From Heptranchias perlo (lineage: Eukaryota): DNA of 64,000 nt. The position numbers were made by a program, and so were the translations under genes. The notes below the pieces were generated by a model that worked only from the letters and a program-made list of their open reading frames with translations, made no database searches and was not told where the DNA came from. The stretch lies in NCBI RefSeq assembly GCF_035084215.1, contig NW_027139623.1, positions 2,232,001 through 2,296,000 of the forward strand. The letters are read 5' to 3'. Below, piece after piece: positions 27,251-40,620 of this stretch (its first letter is position 1; every line of letters starts with the position of its first letter).

Positions 27251-30200
27251 GAGTTTGAGATTCATTCTTTATCTGTCAGCCCCTGGTACTGTGCATGAGT
27301 GAGATTCATTCTGTTCCTGGTACTGTATTTGCGTGTAGGATTCATTCTATATCTGTCAGTCTCTGGTACTGACTGTGAGCTTGGTGTATATTCTGCATCT
27401 GTCAGTCTCAGGGGTACTATATATAAGTGATGGATTCATTCTGTATCTGTCAGTCTCTGCTGCAATATCTGAATGTGGGATTCATTCTGTATCTGCCAGT
27501 CTGTGGTGCTATATGTGAGTGTGGGATTCATTCTGTATCTGCCATTCTCTGGTGCTATATGTGAGTGTGGGATTCATTCTGTATCTATCATTCTCTGCTA
27601 CTTTATCTCAGTGTGGGATTCATTCTGTAATTCAGTCTCTGAGACAATGTGCAAGTCTGAATTCATTCTGTATTCTTATTTCAGTTTACGGTATCTGAGT
27701 GTGAGATTCATTCTGTATCTCTATGCAATTATTCTCTCAGATTATATTATGGTATTCAATACTGTCGCTTTAATATCTTAATGTTTAAGTAGTTTTTCTC
27801 ATTATTTAATTGGTAAAAATGGATACACTTTAGGATTTGATGCTGGAGGTTTTAATCAGATAATTTGTGTGCTTTTTGAACTCGTATTGAATGTGTATTT
27901 CTGTGATTACTATTGTGAATGATAATGAATCTTTCAAAATGATATGGTGAATTGGTATATAATGTGTAGATCAGTCTGCACTGAAGGAATTGATACTGTA
28001 ACTTTAAATTTTATTTTATAAGATTTTTGGACTCGTGTGTAATGTGTATCTCAGTCTGGACTGACAGAATTGATACTGTTCCTTTAAATCTCATACTATG
28101 AGTGTATTATAAACTGGTATCTAATTTGTTTCTCAGGTTACACTGTCACAGCATTTCTCAATCTGATACTGTACGTGAGTTTTGCACTAGCAATTTGTAT
28201 TCGAATGGTACACTATTTGAATGGATACTGCATGTATTAAACTCACATGTGTGTGAGAGTTCTGGGCTCGAATTCAATAGGAATCTCGAGGAACGTTATT
28301 GGGATTCATTCTGGACCTTTCAATCGGGTACCATGTGTGATTTCTATCTGGTATTTAATTCATGGCTAATGTTGCCCGTTTGTGAAATAGACAATCTGAG
28401 AGTGTGATTTTGGACTGGGATTTTTGTATCTCCCTGTCAGTGGGACTGAGTTCGGGGGAAATGGAACATTGTCTGCCTCACCTGCTCTGTTTGACTGTGG
28501 ATTGAAAATGTGTCTCTGGAATTTGGGATCATTGTGGGACTGAGTACTTCTGCTGTCTGAGACTGTGGAACTGATGACCTGTCTGTGTCTCTGTGCTCTG
28601 TGAGTGATAATGTACTTACTGTGTGTGAGAAGGAGCTGGCTGCACTGTTCCTTGTGCCTCGGGTGGACGAAACATCACATTCATTGTGGATCCTTCACGG
28701 GTTTGCCTGTAGAAAGAAACGTATGTCTGGTAACTCAAGAACAGGTGAGGAAGAAAATACAGAAGTGATCAGTTTAATATCTGTAAATAATTATTTTGAA
28801 TATCCTTAAATATAAATCAGCGATTCGAACAGTGTCAGTGTCTGACTCCACTGCAGTACTGCAGCATTCAGCTTCTGCACACCAGGTGTGTTGGGCTGTT
28901 TTACAACAATTTAGAGACATCCAGACACAACCCAACCCCTCCACTAACACATGAATGGTACTACCCGATGGGGCAGGGACCTTTGCACAGGTCAGGTTTC
29001 TAATCCCCTCTCCCATGGGACCAAACGTTCAACTGAAACCAAACAGCCGCTGTTTAAAATGTGTCCTTCACACTTCTCACCTGATGCCTGCAATTGACGC
29101 TCTTTGTATAACTCCCCACATCCTTACTGTCCAGCTCTGTTTCCACTCTTCACTGTCCAATAACAATAAACAGCGTGAGACTGGAACTAAACCAGAACCA
29201 TTCACTCCTGGTTTGGGGAGAGAAAGCAGCAATGATTTTAAATAGCAGGTTCTTCCCATTCTGTCTCCCTTCCCCTGGACATACCCTGGACACACACAGC
29301 CCGAGAATGACCTCTCCCTTCCCCCGCTCACTCCATGTTCCGGGACCAGTTCCTGATCCACTCCGCCTCTTACAAACAGCCCCCGGACTCCCCCTGACCT
29401 TCCCCCGGACTCAATGCCGATCTCTGAGCCCATCTGCGGACACGGTCCCGAAGCGATGAGCTGCTGTAACGAGGCTGCTCTTTGCTCCCTTCCCCCGGGG
29501 GCCGTGATCTCTCCATTCCCGGCTGTTTTAAACCATCTTCTTCCGCTCACTGAGGGAATGGCACCCACAGGCCAAGCTGGGGGAGGGGAGCGCGCATGCG
29601 CTCTTCTGCTCACCAACAACCAGCGCTGGGGGCGGGGATGAGTCACGCATGCGCAGATATCTGGTTTAATTCCCAATACAAAAATCGATGGAAACTTTCC
29701 CCAATTGGAATTTTTCAGAGTCTGAGCAAAGGAAGTGGGTCTGGGGGAAAGGTCAGAGGGAATGGGGTCCACAGGCAGTGCAGGAACAGGCACCAGAATG
29801 GAAAACAGATGGGATTCCACCAGTGCCTAACGCTGGAATCCAGACTGACTTTACAATCTCCAACTATTAAACTAGATGTTTCCATCCCTGCTGTTTCTCT
29901 CGGTATCTTCTGATGGTAAAGAGTCTTTCAGAGATAAAGTGGGCGGCTCTGAAATGGGTCTATGGATTTTGTTCATTCTCGTACTCTTTACTGATAAAAC
30001 TGATGTGAGCATTTCTCAAACCAATCCTGGAGAAACATGTGAGGAAAGAGTGAGTCGGTGTGTTTGTTGGGACCGTGTCGGATTAATATCTGACAGCAAA
30101 AGTCATCGATTAAATTAACCGGAGTGAAACTCTCGCTCTACTGAGAATAATGCCGAACGGCCCTGAGCTGCATAACTGCAGATGGTAGAAGAGGCAAAAG

Positions 30201-30580
30201 AGGGTTAAATGTAGCCCATTGTTCTTTCACTCTCTGCACTTTCCCTCAGTGTGGGATTAATAATGTGTCTGTCTCTGGTACAATAACAGAGAGAGATGAG
30301 ACTGCACCTTCTTTCTCAACAATGGGATCTTTCTGGATAAAACGCAACTTTACAGGTCAGTCTGGAACTGATACTGTGTATGTCTGTCTGTCTCTGTCTC
30401 TCCGCTTTCTCGATCTCCCTCTCTCATCGTGTCTGTCTGTCTGTCTGTCTCTGGTGCTGTGTATGTAGGTTAGATAATGCTGGCAAGCGTGATATAGACA
30501 CACCGATTGGAAGTGTGAGACTGACAGTGTGTGTTTGTCTCTCTCTAGTGCTGAACATGAAGGTGGGAGACTGTCTGATA
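27200..30580. repeat. further copy of the satellite-anchored module (paralog of 12700-15780)
   Basis: 46-bp array at 27200-27720. 28400-29010 matches 14080-14965, and 29893-30580 matches 14966-15780. Confidence 0.8.
29530..29660 (-). promoter_or_regulatory. housekeeping-type CpG-rich promoter (2x NRF1, GC box, AP-1, ETS, YY1-like)
   Basis: GCGCATGCGC at 29592-29601, CGCATGCGCA at 29646-29655, GGGGCGGGG at ~29629, TGAGTCA at 29639, reverse-strand CGGAAGAAGATGG at 29533-29545. Confidence 0.55.
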
Positions 30581-33500
30581 TAAAACACTGAGAATGGGGT
30601 GTCCGGGCCTCACTGTAACTGGGGATGTGTTCGGCTTCAGGCCCAGTTCACGGTTATTTTCTTTTTACAGATTCAGGGCGAGAGTGTCTGTGAGACTGTA
30701 ACACTGGCGGAGAAACTCCGCGTCACAACTCAAACACCAACACATGAGATTCTCCAAATCAGCTGGAATAAGGTGTTTTTAAACTGCTGAACCCGTCTGG
30801 GAGGGGATGTGTGTGGAGATCGAATCGGGTCTGGGACTGAAATGGAAGAAGGCGGGTTGACTTGTGAGAGAAGGGACTGTATTTATGCAGGAATATTACT
30901 GACTGTTAATTGTAACGGAGTTTATTTGAAAGCTCCGTGTTTCTGTGAATCCTTGAATATGAAGCCCGAGTCTGTAAGGGTTTGTGCGGAGCGCTGTGTT
31001 TCGGTTCTATTATCGATAAACGGTTTGAAATTGGCGGTTGGAGAAAGCTGGAGGTGGTATTTTCATTCTCACAGTCGTTACTAGGGCGATATGAGAGAGT
31101 AAACCAACTCAATATCAGAGTCACATTGAACATATCCATCTACATTCATTATACCAGACTTCCGTGGAACTAAATTGCTGCCGGGTTTGGATGTTCCAGT
31201 TTTATTTTTAATCGTCTGTAATTTAATGCGGACAACACCTCGCTAAACTAGCCCACGGGTGGGCTGTTTTGGGAAATAGAAAAGCAATAATCGATACAGT
31301 AGCTCACCTGAGGTTTGGGTTGAGGCACTTTGTTGTTACATTTTCCTGCGCCTGAATTTTGGGTGCTTGATGCTGACACCGAGTGCCTGAAGTGGGACAC
31401 GGTCCCTTCCCAGTAATAGAGATCCTGACCATGATGGGAGCAATCGTTCTAACTAAACACAAATGATTTACGCTGTTTTCTGGGTACATGGTCCATTCTC
31501 ACCCCTTCATCCTGTGATCACCGTCTAATAGTCAAAGGCTGCCATGTTAGATCATTGCAATGTTCCAAGCCACATCTTATTTCAGGTTGTACAAAACTCT
31601 GTGTTGTTGCTTCAATTGTGGGGACCAACTCATTCCCACCCAGCCTCTGTATCCGCTCTCAGTCTCTCAAACCTTCCGGGTTTGTCCTTCAGTGAGTTGG
31701 AGCAAGTGATTCAGTCGCCGTTCCTCACAGCTCTCATGCCTCAAAGTAGCACTTCTTCGTAAATGGATACAACCGCCTTTTTATTGCTGTTTGGTGAGTC
31801 GTGAAACAATTTTATACCAATTCCCGGTCTGAGTGGGCAACTGTAAGCGGGAGAGTGAGACTGAACCCGGCGGTGTCCGAACTCCGGTATCTCATAATTT
31901 GGTGTGGAGCCTTCTACATTGGAAAGCATTCAGAGCGGTTGCTTGCTTGTGCTGAATTCTCTGCGGGTAACGGTGAGGGGAGTGTAACGGTGAGGGGACA
32001 ATCTCTCTTCATATCGGTATTAAAGTATCTCGGATCTAGTTTTTCTTTGATAATTGAATCTATGAGAATCTGTTTGTTAAAACCTGCAGCTTTGACCAAC
32101 TGTTGGTCACCTGAGCTAATATCTCCTTCAGTGGCTCGGTGTCACATTTTGTTTGATAACGCTCCCGTGAGGCGCCTTGAGACGGGCTGAAAAGGGGAGA
32201 TATTGGTCTCCCGATAGCCCAGTTACTGTCTACAGTGTCGGAGTAAGATGTATATAAAAGGAAAATTCCACGATCGACATCCGCTGAGTTTGCTGATCTC
32301 TATCAAGGTGGGGGGGGGGGGGGAGGGGCGGGGTGGAGTGGGGGCGATACCAGTGGGCTCAGTGCCACAAAGCCATTGAATGAAATATCGGCCAAGTGTC
32401 GCCTTATCGCATCTTAATTGATCTCGAACGAGCCCTGCTATTTTTGGCGGGGCAGTGGGACTAGATGGATTGCTCATGCATAGAGCCAGCACGGACTCGA
32501 TGGGCCGAATGACCTCCTGCCGTGCAGTAACCTTCTCTGATTCTCTGATACGAAATGTTCCATGCTTGGAAGTGAGCATGCGCGTTAGGAGGGTGCAGTT
32601 CGACAGGGGTCACCACGGCTGACCTCAGGTCAATCAACCCCCTGCACTCAGACATGAGCAGATAATGCGGTGGGGTATTGGAGGGCGGCCGTGAGCAACT
32701 CCCTTCGTGAATGCACGTCTTTGGGGGAGATAGAGAGAAAAAAGGGGAGAAGAAACATTTTAACACATTCAGTGGATAATCTAGTAAATATATTTTTAGT
32801 TATTCAGTTGGTGTTGAGACATTGTTCCTTCTGTCAGAGGTTAAGTTCCTCTTTCTTTGAACTAACCCTCCTCTGAGTTGAAACCGCTTTCTTCCGCCAT
32901 GAAGCCAACTGCTCTTACTGTTCTCTTCAGCACTGGCCATTTCCAGTTTGCTTGCTTATTTTTCATTCTCTATTCCATCTTGCATCTCGATTTTAGGGGT
33001 TTTGTGATATTTATGAGCGCGTGTGTACTGTCTGTACAACTAAATATTTCTGGTGAATAATTCAGGCGACATTCAGCTCGAGGATTTTATTTTAACTCCA
33101 CTTCCTCCTTCAGTGTGCTAGAATTGACCATGTCACTAAGATACAGATCTACACAGTGGGTGGAGACTAATGTTCCTCAATAAACACAGTGCTGCAGCTG
33201 CAAGTTGGGCTCAGCATTAACCCCTTATCTCCAACTTTTCATGCTGTTTTGTGTAAATAGACCCAAGGGCACCAATTGATAATTACCATGGATTAATGGA
33301 ATTAGTTACAAATTTACACCTCTCGATAGACCTTATTCAGTTATGGTGGTGAAATGGAGAACAAGGGGGCACAATCTAATATATCCCCTTATTGCTAGCT
33401 TAGGAGATATTAGGTGGAATATTAAACATCTCTATCAATTTCAAGTGAATTCAATTCAATTTTATGAATAAATGAATGCCTGATAATCAGTGTGCTCCTG

Positions 33501-34629
33501 CACCACTATTAGGGGTGGATTTCAAAGAATTAATTAATTACTCGGTTAAAAGCCTATCAGAAAGATTGCCACAATGTATTTTCATTGAATATATTTCAAC
33601 ACATTCTTGGTTCTGCTACAATGTTCTTACTGTCAGGGGTTCCCATTCTGTTTGAGTGTTGTCCCTAAATAGATCCCCTTAATGAAAGCTTCGAAGATGT
33701 TCGTTGCAATATTAAATATTTTTATTCATTTTAAGTCTCTTGAATTGTATTTTATTAATAAATGAATGCCTGAGAATATATCCGTTACTGCACCTCTAAT
33801 AGTGGTTGCTTTCAAAGAATTAATGAATATAACCATCGATTGGAAGAAAATCAGAAAGATTGGCACAATGAATTTTCATTCAGTGTGTTTAAACACACTC
33901 TTGTTCTGCTGATTGTCCTTACTGTCAGCGGTTAAACTTCCTCTTTGTCCGAGGTGAAGCGCTTCTGAGCTGAAACCATTGGCTTCCGTTCTAAGTGTTT
34001 GATATCACTGTTAAATTCTGCCTGCAATATTTTCAGATTCTTTACTTATTCATGTTCAATTTACTTCCTCCTTCCATACCGTTCACCCGAATTGTGACAT
34101 TTGTGACAATGAGTAAACTGTTTGTAAAAGTATCGGTTCCCAGTGAGTTCAAACACCATTCTGTTCTCATTATTTAGACTCGACCTCCTCCTTCAGTATG
34201 CTGCAATTGACCATATCACAGAGATATAGATCTGCACAGTGGGTGGAGACTAATGTCCTTCAACAAACACAGTGCTACTGCTGACCGTTGCTCAGAAAAA
34301 TATAATGAAAGGTTTCAATCGAGTAGTTGGGGAGAGACTGTTTCCACTGGCAGGAGGGTCGGCATTTACCGTTTAATCTCCAACTACCACCTTCAAAGAT
34401 TTGTGAATGTGAATCCGCAGGTCTCTCTGTTAATGCTCCCGCTGTGCAATTTGATCATTTAGGTTATATTGCCTCTTCTCACTCTTCTTTCGAAAATACA
34501 TCACTTTACACTTCTCTACATTAAATGTCATCTGCCACGTGTTTCCCCTTTTCACCAATCTACCAATGTCCTCCTGAGCTCTGCCAACAACCTTCTCATT
34601 GCTTACTAAAATTTCAAGTTGACAAGAAT

Positions 34630-35165
34630 CATAGAATCATAGAATCTTACAACGTGGGAGGAGGCCTTTCGGCCGTCGAGTCTATGCTGGCTCCTTGAAC
34701 GAGCAATCCAAATTAGTAACACACCCGAATTATTTTCTTCATAACCCTGCAAATTAGTCCCCTTCAAGTACATGTTCAATTGCCCTTTGAAAGTTCCGAT
34801 GGAATCTGCTTCCATCACCCTTTCAGGTAGTGTGTTCCAGATCTTCGCAAACCTCTTTATGTAAACATTTCTCCTCATTTCCCTCCAGTTATTTTGCCAA
34901 CTATTTGAAATCTGTGACCTCTGGTTACAGACCACTTGCCAGCGGAAACAATTTCACTCTACTTGATCTATCAAAGCCCCTCATTATTTTGAATACCTCT
35001 ATTAGGTCTGCCTTTACACTTACCTGCTCTAAGGAGAACAACCCCAGCTTCTCCAATCTCTCCACACAACTGAAGTCCCTCATCCCTGGTATCATCCGGG
35101 TAAATCTCCTCTTTACCCTCTCCAAGACCTTGACATCCTTCCTAAAGTGTGGTGCCCAGAGTTGT
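34630..35165 (-). mobile_element. CR1 LINE 3' fragment
   Basis: VQLWAPHFRKDVKVLERVKRRFTRMIPGM...LEKLGLFSLE, with ATAGAATC tail. Confidence 0.85.
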
Positions 35166-36709
35166 ACACTGCCAAGGCCTCGGTCACTTCCTTGCAACCA
35201 TCATAACCGACATCTCCTTACTTACTTCAAATCAAATTACTTCTGCGTTCCAACTTTGGAATAAACACTTTCACACTCCCTGTTGCCTAGACTTTGACCC
35301 GCCATTTGTCATCATACTTCTGCGGCTGTGTAACTTCTCAACCACTCCCGTTCTTCAACCGTTGATGCCTTTGACCCGAGTAAAACGTTTACTCTCTTCT
35401 ATCCTGATCGTTCCTGCTGGTTTAATTCCAAGGGGTGCAGACTTGAGCATATCTGGATCACCACTGGTTTAGCCATCCATCACCAGATATGGCTGACCCA
35501 GAATTAGAACAAGCACTATGTCCTCTCTGAAAACCGCCTGCTGCTCCAGAATGACCCTGGGGACCAAAGATAACCTCCAGCTTCTTTTGCCCACAACACA
35601 CAATCTCCATAAATCTCTTTCCCAGCCCCCTCCACACTCTCCTCCAACAACAAATAAGAGGACCTCGTGAACTTCATGAAGTCTTACAGCACAGAGGAAG
35701 GCCATTTGGCTCGTCATGAATGTGACAGCATTTAAATGAGCTGTCAAATTAATCCCATTCTCCTGTTCTTTCACCATCGCTCTGCATTTTTTCCCTTTTC
35801 AAGTTTCTATCCAATTCGCTTTTGAAAGTTACTATTGAATCTGCTTCCACCACCATTCCAGATCATAACAATTTTTGGCGGAACAAAATTTATCCTCATC
35901 TCCTTCTGGTTCTTTTGCCAATTAACTTTAATCTGTATCCTCTGATTCTCGACCCTCCTGCCAGTGGAACCAGTTTCTCCCTTCATACTCGATCAAAACC
36001 CTTCATAATTTTGTACACACCTATTAAATCTCCACTTAACCTTCTCTGCTCTCAGGAGAACAATCCCAGTTTTTCCAGTTTCTCCACATAACCGAAGTCA
36101 CTAAGATTAAGACCATCCATTCAGGTGCCTCTGCTGCATCCCACAATTCCCAATATCACCACGCCCAACCTCTCCTAAGGCTCTCCAATCACCCAGCCCT
36201 GATCTTGAGCCTTTTTCTAGTTTCCCTCCGATCTCCACGCATGTACTTTCCGAGCTGAGCTTGCCCATTAGACCCACCTCCTGATCCCTTGACCTTATTC
36301 GGAATAAAGAGCTGACTGTCCAACTTCGATTCCGGGCCCCAAACCAGCTGCAATTGTGAATGGTCAGTTTCCTGAGGCATTGTCCTCCTCTTGCCGTGAG
36401 ACTGTTTGTTTCCTCTGCTTTCTCCTATTCTGATCGAATGCTGTCCCTAAATACATCTCCTTATTCATAGCTTAGGAGATGTTAGTTGCAATATTAAATA
36501 TGTCTATGTATTTTAAGTGACTAGAATTGAATTTTATTAATAAATCAATGCCCATGAATAATTCTGTTACTACACCTTTAATATTGGTGGTAATTAACTT
36601 TCGGTTGAAAGCATATCAGAAAGATTGACAGTGAATTTACATTCAAAATGTTGAACCACAGTTTTCGGTTTGATGTATTTGCTCTCACTGCTAACTTCAG
36701 TCTGATGTT

Positions 36710-37485
36710 ATATAGAATTTACAGCATGGAAACAGGCCATTCGGCGTAATTGATCTGTGCCGGTGTTTATGTTCGACGCGAGTCTCGCCCCCTATATCAT
36801 CTAACCCTATCAGCATATCCTCCAACACCTTTATCTCTCATGTACCTATATAATTTGCCCTTAAAGGCATCTATACTATTCGCCCCAATTACTCCATGAT
36901 GCATCAAGTTTCACATTCTCACCACTCTCTGGGTAAAGAAGTTTCTCCTGTTGGATTTATTGTGACTATTCTATATTTAGGCTCCTGGATTTGAACTGTC
37001 TCACAAGTGGGAATGTCTTCTCTACGATTACCCTATCGAACCACTTTATAATTTTCAAAACCTCTATCATGTCACCCCTCAGCCTTCTCTTTTCTAGAGA
37101 AAAGATCCCCAGCATGTTCAATCTTTCCTGATGGGCGTAACCACTCAGTTCTGGTTTCATTCTTGTGAATCTTTTTTGCACCTTCTCCAGTGCCTCTGCA
37201 TCCGTCTTTTTTTAAATGTGGCGACCAGAACTCAGCACAGTTATCTAAGCGTGGTCCAACTAAGGTTCTGTATAAGTTTAAAATAATGTCTCTGCTTTTC
37301 AATTCTATTGTTATAGAAATGAACCCCAGTGCTGTGTTTGCTTTTTATGGTCTTGTTAACTTTCTTTGCTATTGTTAATGATTTGTAAATCTGTACCCCA
37401 GGATTCCTTCGCTCCTATACCCCATTTTGATTCTTATTTTCCAAGGAATACGTGGCCTCCTTACTCCTCTGACCAAAATGTATTG
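36710..37485 (-). mobile_element. CR1 LINE 3' fragment
   Basis: LNLYRTLVGPRLDNCAEFWSPHLKKD and GIFSLEKRRLRGDMIEV. Confidence 0.85.
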
Positions 37486-38084
37486 CATAATATTTTAAAA
37501 TTCATTACTTATTCATCTTGGATCTTGCCCTCCAAAGCGATGACACTCATTTTGTGATATTCGTGACAGTCAGTAAAGTGTCTGTAAAAGTACCAGTTTA
37601 CAGTGACTTCAAACACCATTCGGTTCTCATTATTTAGACTCCACTTCCTCTTTCAGTATGACTATATCACTGAGATATAGATCTGTAGAGTGGGTGGAGA
37701 CTAATGTCCTTCAATAAACTCAGTGCTGCAGTTGCCCGTTGGGATCAGCATGAAGCTTTTAATCTCCAATGTTTCCATATCAATTCCCACCGTTAATGCA
37801 TGCATCCATCCATCCCATAATAGAGCTCCGACACTTCTATTGCATTTCTGTGGTGTTGAGATGTGGGAATCTGTAAAAATGCACAATGTTTGGACACACA
37901 CCCAACCCAGCTGCTTTCCTTTATCTTTCAGTGACGGTTTCATTCAGTCCCAAAACGGGGCTTTTGTACATTTTGAAGAACTTTTCACGCTGTTTTGTGT
38001 CAATAGGCACAAAGGCACATTTTGATACTGACTATGGATTATTGGGATTATTTGCAAACAGACATCTCGATAGACCTCACTGCA

Positions 38085-38890
38085 AAAACAAATTCTCCTC
38101 ATCTCGCCTCTGGTTCTTTTGCCAATTCATTTCAATCAGTACCTTTTGGCTACCGACTCTTCTGCCAGTGCAAATATATTCCCCTTATTTACTCTATCAA
38201 AACCCTTCATGATTTTGAACACCTCTATTAAATCACCGTTTAACTTTCTCTGCTCTAAGGAGAATAATTCCAGAGTCTCTAGTCTCTCCAATTAATTGAC
38301 GTTCCCTATCCTTGGTATCATTCCAATAAATTTCCACTGCTCCCTCTGTCAGGTCTTGACCGCCTTCCAACAATGTAGTGCCCAGAATTGGACGCAGCAC
38401 TTCAGCTGCGGTCAAACCAATGATTTATAAATGTTTAGCATAACCTCTTTGCTTCTTTTCTCTCTGCCTCTATTTTTAAATGATGTGGAGATGCCGGTGA
38501 TGGACTGGGGTTGACAATTGTAAACAATTTTACAACACCAAGTGATAGTCCAACAATTTTTATTTGAAATCTACAAGCTTTCGGAGGCTTCCTCCTTCGT
38601 CAGGTAAATGTCTATTTTTGAAGCCATCGATCCTATAATTTTTTTGAACAGATCTATTAACTTGTACTGCCACCTTTCATGATTTGTGTACATACACCCC
38701 CAGGTCTCTCTGTTTCTGCAAAACCTTTAAAATTGCACCATATGGTTTATATTGCCTCGCTGCATTCTTCCTCCCAAAATGCATCTCTTCACACTTCTCT
38801 GTATTAAATGTCATCTGCCATGTTTCTGCCCATTTTATTACCAGTCTGTCTGAAGTCTGCTACTATCCTCCTCACTGCTTACTACAATTT
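38085..38890 (-). mobile_element. CR1 LINE fragment interrupted by Penelope-like copy 4
   Basis: Reverse-strand CVQFWA..., FSLEQRKLNGDLIEVFKIMKG-like sequence. Confidence 0.75.
38480..38610 (-). mobile_element. Penelope-like short element, copy 4 (single arm plus tail, hammerhead on - strand)
   Basis: Reverse strand reads TTTACCTGACGAAGGAGGAAGCCTCCGAAAGCTTGTAGA...CCGGCATCTCCACATCAT. TSD core TCTATTTTT at 38469 and 38611. Confidence 0.85.
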
Positions 38891-39380
38891 CAAGTTGACT
38901 ACATTTCCAACCGAGCTACAAGGTGACTTGACATTTTAGATAAATGAATGGTGGAAACTGGAACAAATAGATTTCTTTCTCGTGAAAATGTCAATTAGAT
39001 CTTGTGGTTTCAACGTCATTTAATAACTTTAATAATTTGGACTCAGAAATAAATTAGTTTGGTTTCAAGGCCCAGTTAAATTTGCAGCATAATACACGAT
39101 TAAGATGCTGATTATATCCTCCTATTTCTCCCAATCAGTTTGTATATAAGTCGCCTTATATCAAATACAGGAGACACAAGGTGGGATTCCATCTCTGCAT
39201 GTATTTTAACAGAATTGAATTCAATTTTATTAATAAATGAATGCCCGAGAATCAGTCTGTTACTGCAACTCTATTTGTAACTTTCAAAATGGAATTGGGT
39301 AAATACTTTAACGGGGAAAAAAACATGCAGGACTATGGACAAAGTGCAGGCGGCTGGGACTAATTGGATAGCACTTTAAA

Positions 39381-40620
39381 GGTTGTTGAGGCTGTAACTA
39401 GTAGAATAGATAGGGGAGAACCAGTGGATGTGTTGTATTTGGATTTTCAGAAGGCTTTTGATAAGGTCCCACCAAAGAGGTTAGTGTGCAAAATTAAAGC
39501 ACATGGGATTGGGGGGAATATACTGGCATGGATTGAGAATTGGTTGACAGACAGGAAACAGAAAGTAGGAATAACCGGGTCATTTTCCGGGTGGCAGGCA
39601 GTGACCAGTGGGGTACCGCAGGGATCAGTGCTTGGGCCCCAGCTATTCACAATATATATCAATGAACTGGATGAGAGAACTCAATGTAACATTTCCAAGT
39701 TTGCAGATGACACAAAGCTGGGCGGAATATGAGCTGTGAGGAGGATGCAAAGAGGTTCCAATGTGATCGAGACAAGTTGAATGAGTAGGCAAGAACATAG
39801 CAGATGCAGTATAACGTGGATAAATGTGAATTTATCCGCTTTGGTTGTAAAAACAGAAAGGCAGATTATTGTCTGAATGGTGATAGATTGGGAAAAGGTG
39901 AGGTGCAATGAGACCTGGTTGTCCTTGTACATCAGTCGCTGAAAGTGAGCATTCAGGTGCAGCAAGCAGTTAGGAAGGCGAATGGTATGTTGGCCTTCAT
40001 TGCAAGAGGATTTGAGTACAGGATCAGGGATGTTATATAGGACCTTGGTGAGACTACATTTGGAGTATTGTGTGCAGTTTTGGTCTCCTTATCTAAGGAA
40101 GGATGTCCTTGCCATCGAGGGAGTGCAACGAAGGTTTACCAGACTGATTCCTGGGATGGCAGGACTGACGTATGAGGAGAGATTGGGTCGACTAGGCGTA
40201 TATTCACTAGAGTTTAGAAGAATGAGAGGTGATCTCATCGAAACATATAAAATTCTAACAGGACTAAACAGACTAGATGCAAGGAGGATGTTCCCGATAG
40301 CTGGGGAGTCCAGAACCAGGGGTTACAGTCTCAGGATACGGGATATGCCATTTAGAACCGAGATGAGGAGAAAATTCTTCATTCAGAGGGTGGGGAATTT
40401 GTGGAATTCTCCACCACAGAAGGCAGTGGAGGCCAAGTCATTAGATGTATTCAAGAAGGAGATAGATATATTTCTTAATGCTAAAGGGATCAATGGATAT
40501 GGGGAAAAAGCGGGAACAGGATACTGAGTTAGATGATCAACCATGATCATTTTGAAGGGTGGAGCAGGCCCGAAGGGCCGAATGGCCTACCCTTGCTCCT
40601 TTTTGCTATGTTTCTATGTT
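39381..40620 (+). mobile_element. 5'-truncated CR1 LINE (RT domain to 3' end), nested in an older CR1 tail
   Basis: [42 protein letters not shown]; 3' end GGCCGAATGGCCTAC...CTATGTTTCTATGTT. Confidence 0.93.

Noticed and set aside
29077-29820. 247-aa minus-strand ORF
   Set aside because: No recognisable domain; spans GC-rich promoter-like sequence and runs into a repeat module.
31304-31800. Possible decayed TRIM B-box exon on the minus strand (CSHHGQDLYY, donor at ~31307)
   Set aside because: Only a short resemblance, with stops in all frames; needs a tblastn/HMM search to support.
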